Shown: in pieces, positions 61,322 through 64,000 of the stretch | How the letters are laid out: each line of letters opens with the position of its first letter | Numbering within the stretch: the stretch's first letter is position 1 | DNA from: Alphaproteobacteria bacterium | Lineage (GTDB): Bacteria; Pseudomonadota; Alphaproteobacteria; Rickettsiales; SXRF01 | Assembly (NCBI GenBank): GCA_033763575.1 | Contig: JANRKF010000013.1 | Coordinates: 17,396-81,395 of the forward strand | DNA length: 64,000 nt | Direction of reading: 5' to 3' | The notes under the pieces: model-generated | Databases searched by the model: none | What the model was told of the DNA's origin: nothing | The model's input: the letters and a program-made list of their open reading frames with translations, nothing else | Position numbers and translations under genes: made by a program

Positions 61322-61802
61322 GCCGAATTACACCGACAAGCCCTATAAAACCGGCGGATACCGGGACCCGAAGGCGGCGGGCCGCGAGCGCGTGCAGAAC
61401 CGCACGGTCGAAATCCTGCCGCATCCGGAGGTGCTGGAGAGTTATAATTACGTGGTCGAGGGCTCGGCGAAAATGATCCTCGGCATGTTTGAAAACGAGC
61501 AGAAACACCGCCATGAGTGGGAGCTGCTGGCGTTGCAAATTCATAAATTCTCGTCGATGCTGGGGCAGACGCTGGGGTTCCTGATCGCGGTCGCGGTGTT
61601 CGTCTCCGCCACCTTCATCGGGATTTACGGCAACACCACCATCGCCGCTTTTATCTGGGTGTTCGGCATGTCGATCATCGTGATGGCGGGATTGGTATGG
61701 TCGTATGCAAAATCCATGGGGCAGCGCCCACTTTTCGCAAGGCCCGCCATGCGCACCCATTTCCGGCCGGAAAAAAATCAGGGAGAACCCGCGGCGGAGT
61801 GA
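61311..61802 (+). CDS. DUF2335 membrane protein
   Basis: LPHPEVLESYNYVVEGSAKMILGMFENEQKHRHEWE followed by two TM helices matches the DUF2335 pattern. Confidence 0.6.
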   Translation: MADEPNYTDKPYKTGGYRDPKAAGRERVQNRTVEILPHPEVLESYNYVVEGSAKMILGMFENEQKHRHEWELLALQIHKFSSMLGQTLGFLIAVAVFVSATFIGIYGNTTIAAFIWVFGMSIIVMAGLVWSYAKSMGQRPLFARPAMRTHFRPEKNQGEPAAE

Positions 61803-62387
61803 TTATCTCGGAGGTGGTGGTAGGTCGCCCCCAACGTTTTTCCAGGATCCAACTACTTTATGCATCACCTCCATCGGAATATAGAGTATTTGCTTATCGG
61901 AAGGAACCCGAATAATTTCTGATGCGGGAATAGTTGAAAATAATCTGCTATTGTCCCTCGATGCAGGCACCAGAAATTCACCTTTACCGTCATCTGTATA
62001 GCGCTCAATCATTGTAGCGTCATGATTTGTTAGCTTACGAATCTCACTTCCCAGCAATGCTTCCACCATATCGGAACCATTCGGCACCAATCTGTCAATC
62101 GTAGCAAAACTTAAGGCAACCCTATCGGCATCCGCTGCCTGCACTTGCTCGGTTTGTTCTGTAGTAAAACCCATTTTACCCTCAAGAAAATCAACAGGAT
62201 CAACAGTTTTAGGCAAAAAGACTAAATACTTTGTTTTCCCTGCCGATAAAACGGGGGGAGCCACAAATATCTGGTTTTTTTCTATCCCTCCATCATTGCG
62301 GGCTTTTTTTCTGAATTTATCTGCTGTCTCGGTTAGCGAAACCTTTTGAACAGCGGGTTTTTGATCATCTGCCATTTTTTTCTCCAT
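61803..62387 (-). CDS. hypothetical protein (AT-rich, antisense to GTA genes)
   Basis: 194-aa ORF whose stop abuts the DUF2335 stop. No motif recognised. Confidence 0.45.
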   Translation of the reverse strand: MEKKMADDQKPAVQKVSLTETADKFRKKARNDGGIEKNQIFVAPPVLSAGKTKYLVFLPKTVDPVDFLEGKMGFTTEQTEQVQAADADRVALSFATIDRLVPNGSDMVEALLGSEIRKLTNHDATMIERYTDDGKGEFLVPASRDNSRLFSTIPASEIIRVPSDKQILYIPMEVMHKVVGSWKNVGGDLPPPPR

Positions 62388-62455
62388 ATCTCTGAGCCTG
62401 AATCACGCAAGAAAATTTTATTTAATCGTACTCCAAAAGTCAAACATCTATCTTT

Positions 62456-62938
62456 ATGTTAACCCAACAAAAACACATCATCGCCTGTGCGCGGAGCTAT
62501 ATCGGCACGCGCTTTTCCCATCAGGGCAGGCTCAAAAAAACCGGCAGCCACAAGGGCGGCATCGATTGCCTGGGGCTGCTGGTGTGCGTGGCGGCAGAGC
62601 TTGATCTACGTGGGAAAAACGGCAAGCCGTTCGCCGCGTTCGACGAGCGCGGCTATTCCCACCAGCCGGATACGGACGCATTGCGGCAGCGCTTTGAAAT
62701 GCTTCTCATACCGATACCCATCACGGGTATCAAACCCGCCGACATCGCGCTTTTCACCATCGACGGGGCGCCGCAGCATATGGGTATCCTTGCTTCACCA
62801 CCAACCAGCAACCATCAACGACCAACCAATCTGATCCACGCCTATGCCCCGGCACGCGCCGTGGTCGAACATACCCTCGACGGGTATTGGCAGGAAAAAA
62901 TGACGGCGGCGTTCCGCCTTCCACATATTCACCCCTAA
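62456..62938 (+). CDS. NlpC/P60-family peptidase (RcGTA g14 homologue)
   Basis: ARSYIGTRFSHQGR...GIDCLGLLV (catalytic Cys), then HMGIL (His) and IHAY. Confidence 0.85.
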   Translation: MLTQQKHIIACARSYIGTRFSHQGRLKKTGSHKGGIDCLGLLVCVAAELDLRGKNGKPFAAFDERGYSHQPDTDALRQRFEMLLIPIPITGIKPADIALFTIDGAPQHMGILASPPTSNHQRPTNLIHAYAPARAVVEHTLDGYWQEKMTAAFRLPHIHP

Positions 62939-62953
62939 CCGGACATTATCATC

Positions 62954-64000
62954 ATGGCATCTATTCTTCTAAGCGCGGCGGGCACTGCCGTCGGCGCATC
63001 CACCGGCACGCCGTTTGGCGCGGCACTCGGGCGGCTGGTCGGCCGCACCGCAGGCAGCCTCATCGACAGCAAATTATTCGGCGGCAGCACCAAATTCAGT
63101 GTGCGCGGCTCGCGGCTCGCTGATCTCGCCGTGCAAAGCTCCGCCTACGGGAAAATGATCCCGATCGTCTATGGCAGCGTGCGCCTCGGCGGCAATATCA
63201 TCTGGTCGCAACCGATCCGGGAGACCGCCTCCACCAGCACCAGCTCGGCGGGCGGAGGCGGCAAGGGCGGCGGCGGGCGCGTATCGCAGAGCACCACCAG
63301 CTACAGCTATTCGGTGACGCTCGCGGTTGCCATTTGCGAGGGCGAAATCGACGAAATCCACCGCATCTGGGCCGATGCCAAGCAGCTCGACCTTTCGCAA
63401 TATACCACCCGCAGGTATATGGGCAGCGAAACGCAGGATGCCGATTCGCTGATCGCTTCCATCGAAGGCGCCGATAAAACCCCGGCCTATCGCGGCATGG
63501 CCTATGTCGTGTTCGAGGATTTCCCACTTTCGGATTTCGGCAACCGCATTCCGAATTTCACTTTCGAGATCAGGAAAAAATCGCTCGCGCCGGATTATAA
63601 CGGCGACACGCTGGAAAATGAAATCACCGGCATGGTGATGATTCCGGGCGCCGGGGAATTCGTCTATGACACGCAGGTCGACACGAAAATTTCCGGAGCG
63701 GAAGTGGACGGCCAGTGGGTGCAGCAAGGCAACCAGATGAAAATCAACATGCATAACCCCACGGGCGCGGCCAATGCGCTGCTCGCGCTCGACCAACTGC
63801 AGGCGACCTGCCCGAATATCGAATGGGTATCGGTGGTGGCAAGCTGGTTCGGCGATACCATGGACGCCGGCACCTGCCTCATTACCCCCGGCGTGGAATT
63901 TCAGGCGGATGCGATCATTTCGCCTGCGGAATGGTCGGTCGCGGGATTCACGAGGAGCACCGCCCGCCTCATCACCCAGATAGACGGCGCGCCCCAATAT
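62954..64000 (+). CDS. GTA host-specificity / TIM-barrel-like tail protein (RcGTA g15 homologue), 3'-truncated by window edge
   Basis: Hand-translated as MASILLSAAGTAVGASTGTPFGAALGRLVGR...GSRLADLAVQSSAYGKMIPIVYGSVRLGGNIIWS...YSYSVTLAVAICEGEIDEIHRIWADAK...YRGMAYVVFEDFPLSDFGNRIPNFTFEI. The frame stays open to position 64000. It is absent from the ORF track, presumably because there is no stop codon. Confidence 0.88.
   Translation, partial: MASILLSAAGTAVGASTGTPFGAALGRLVGRTAGSLIDSKLFGGSTKFSVRGSRLADLAVQSSAYGKMIPIVYGSVRLGGNIIWSQPIRETASTSTSSAGGGGKGGGGRVSQSTTSYSYSVTLAVAICEGEIDEIHRIWADAKQLDLSQYTTRRYMGSETQDADSLIASIEGADKTPAYRGMAYVVFEDFPLSDFGNRIPNFTFEIRKKSLAPDYNGDTLENEITGMVMIPGAGEFVYDTQVDTKISGAEVDGQWVQQGNQMKINMHNPTGAANALLALDQLQATCPNIEWVSVVASWFGDTMDAGTCLITPGVEFQADAIISPAEWSVAGFTRSTARLITQIDGAPQY

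Larger units (their letters stand above)
38389..64000 (+). mobile_element. RcGTA-like gene transfer agent / defective siphophage structural cluster, heavily interrupted; runs off the window
   Basis: Co-linear terminase, portal, HK97 protease, HK97 capsid, g6, g7, g8, g12 (DUF2460), g13 (DUF2163), g14 (NlpC/P60) and g15. No integrase, repressor, replication or lysis genes are present. Confidence 0.8.

Noticed and set aside
63074-63997. 307-aa minus-strand ORF at the window end, the only track ORF covering this region.
   Set aside because: Hand translation of the plus strand from the ATG at 62954 gives an unmistakable GTA g15 N-terminus that stays open to position 64000. The minus ORF is its shadow.
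38389-64000. Interpretation as an intact inducible prophage.
   Set aside because: No integrase, repressor/antirepressor, replication or holin/endolysin genes, and no att-like boundary at the left end. The g12-g15 set and the gene order are the hallmark of RcGTA-like elements. A defective prophage remnant cannot be strictly excluded.

Overview
This window looks like an alphaproteobacterial chromosome segment, and the native genes appear GC-rich by eye. It has three parts.

(1) Coordinates 1-4572 are a housekeeping block: thrS (5'-truncated by the window edge), rplM-rpsI, psd, an orphan ORF and pssA.

(2) Coordinates 4733-23209 are a composite, visibly AT-richer accessory region anchored on a rearranged tRNA-Ser(UGA) locus.
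- Three tandem 5' halves of the tRNA are present, only the last being part of an intact gene. The matching 3' half of the first one lies 11 kb downstream.
- Between them is an integrase-less island. It carries an excisionase-like gene, DUF3768, an AbiEi/AbiEii module whose toxin has a WYL-like and zinc-ribbon C-terminal extension, a translationally coupled RecB-like (TM0106-type) nuclease, three abutting gene fragments, and a Fur-family-regulated His-rich ABC/DUF3299 metal module.
- A second AT-richer block follows, with the conserved oxidoreductase-DUF1365-cfa-chalcone isomerase-like-MFS-DUF3833-SDR cluster. It ends in a 37-codon stub of an Old-Yellow-Enzyme gene.

(3) Native genes then resume: uvrA, a CarD-family gene with a Lys/Ala-rich tail, two DUF192 genes, a ROK kinase, brnTA, argG, hfq and malonyl-CoA decarboxylase.

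From about 38.3 kb to the window edge lies an RcGTA-like head-tail cluster containing terminase, portal, protease, capsid and homologues of g6, g7, g8, g12, g13, g14 and g15. It is stretched to more than 25 kb by foreign or orphan genes in nearly every intergenic gap:
- cytochrome b561
- relBE
- a DUF5131/TcmP cassette flanked by 36-bp direct repeats
- a retropepsin-like protease pair
- DUF2335
- a four-gene operon of large orphan proteins

I could not find the major tail protein or the chaperone genes.

Small palindromic REP/MITE-like elements are scattered through the window, and two sit in-frame inside GTA genes. I saw no rRNA, CRISPR array, transposase or integrase. All functional calls come from motif recognition by eye. 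All GC statements are visual impressions, not computed values.
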